Source: an uncultured Verrucomicrobiae bacterium (GTDB taxonomy: Bacteria; Verrucomicrobiota; Verrucomicrobiia; Chthoniobacterales; UBA10450). Taken from it: a stretch of DNA of 64,000 bases. This document shows, in pieces, positions 63,361-64,000 of this stretch. The DNA is taken from positions 480,001 through 544,000 of the forward strand of contig CAWFGO010000003.1 in assembly GCA_963815455.1 (NCBI GenBank), written 5' to 3'. The notes below the pieces were generated by a model. That model was not told where the DNA came from. It saw nothing but the letters and a program-made list of their open reading frames with translations, and ran no database searches. Within the stretch, counting starts at the first letter, position 1. Each line of letters begins with the position of its first letter. The position numbers were made by a program, and so were the translations under genes.

Positions 63361-64000
63361 AACGATTGCCTGACCCGGACCGAAACGGCCGCCGGTGTGG
63401 CGAAGCTGGATAAGTTTGCCTACGATCTGGACGATCAGGTGACCGAGGCGCGCTATAATTACGATGAGCAGCACGAAACCCAGGATCGACTCTGCAATTA
63501 CGCCTACGACCCGACCGGGAACCGGATGACCATGAACGACGACCTGAACGGGAATGTGAGTTATGAGGTTAACAATTTGAACCAGTACACCGCGGCCGGG
63601 GGCGGCTCGATGCAGTATGATCTCAATGGCAATCTCACATCGGCGACCGTGGCGGGCACGAACTGGACTTACCTTTACGATGCCCAAAACCGGTTGACCA
63701 GCGCGATCAGCCCGGCCGAGCAGGTCGATTTCGCATACGATCCCAAGAACCGCTGCGTGAGCCGGGCCGTTTCGACGGGCTCAATCCAAGGGCCGACGAT
63801 GTCTTTCTATTACGATGGGTGGGATTTGATTGAGGAGTATTCGGGGGCCGTGCTCCAGGCCCGCTACGTGCACGGGGTGCGCGAGGACGAAATGATCGCC
63901 AAGATCGACAGCTACGGCACGGTCTATTATCACACCGATGCCGAAGGCAGCGTGGTCGCGCTGACCAATTCGAGTGGCAACGTGATCGAGCGGTACAAAT
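63361..64000 (+). pseudogene. Second orphan Rhs core fragment (runs off window)
   Basis: Closely repeats 61020-61657 (NDCLTRTETAAGVAKLDKFAYDLDDQ...); no N-terminal core. Confidence 0.88.

Overview
Mostly housekeeping chromosome of a GC-rich bacterium. Gene content and repeat style suggest soil Verrucomicrobiota (Chthoniobacterales-like); this is an inference. Genes include gdhA, three TMTC-like membrane/TPR glycosyltransferases with a DPM1-like GT2, ychF, two OPT transporters, dnaE, glnB-glnA, lipA, recR, a ClpX-like ATPase, a type II secretion pseudopilin cluster, hemL, vapBC, rluD, a Ser/Thr kinase, lolC/E, sufS/sufU, a 2H phosphoesterase next to rtcB, tRNA-Pro(GGG), tRNA-Cys(GCA) and an orphan Rhs array. 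Many genes carry single-base indels, including the normally essential dnaE, lolC/E and hemL; these are most likely consensus errors. The most interesting layer is small mobile DNA. (1) A RAYT transposase is flanked by 88-bp GTAG-REP doublets, and a cognate 60-bp REP doublet sits in frame inside DnaE. (2) Further palindromic and simple repeats are translated inside proteins. (3) A tRNA-Pro / GIY-YIG / pseudo-tRNA module has an attC-bearing Imm22-like cassette inserted at the nuclease stop codon. (4) 145-bp tandem repeats are linked to tRNA-Cys. There is also a probable membrane-anchored selenoprotein (UxxC peroxiredoxin-like) that the ORF track splits in two.
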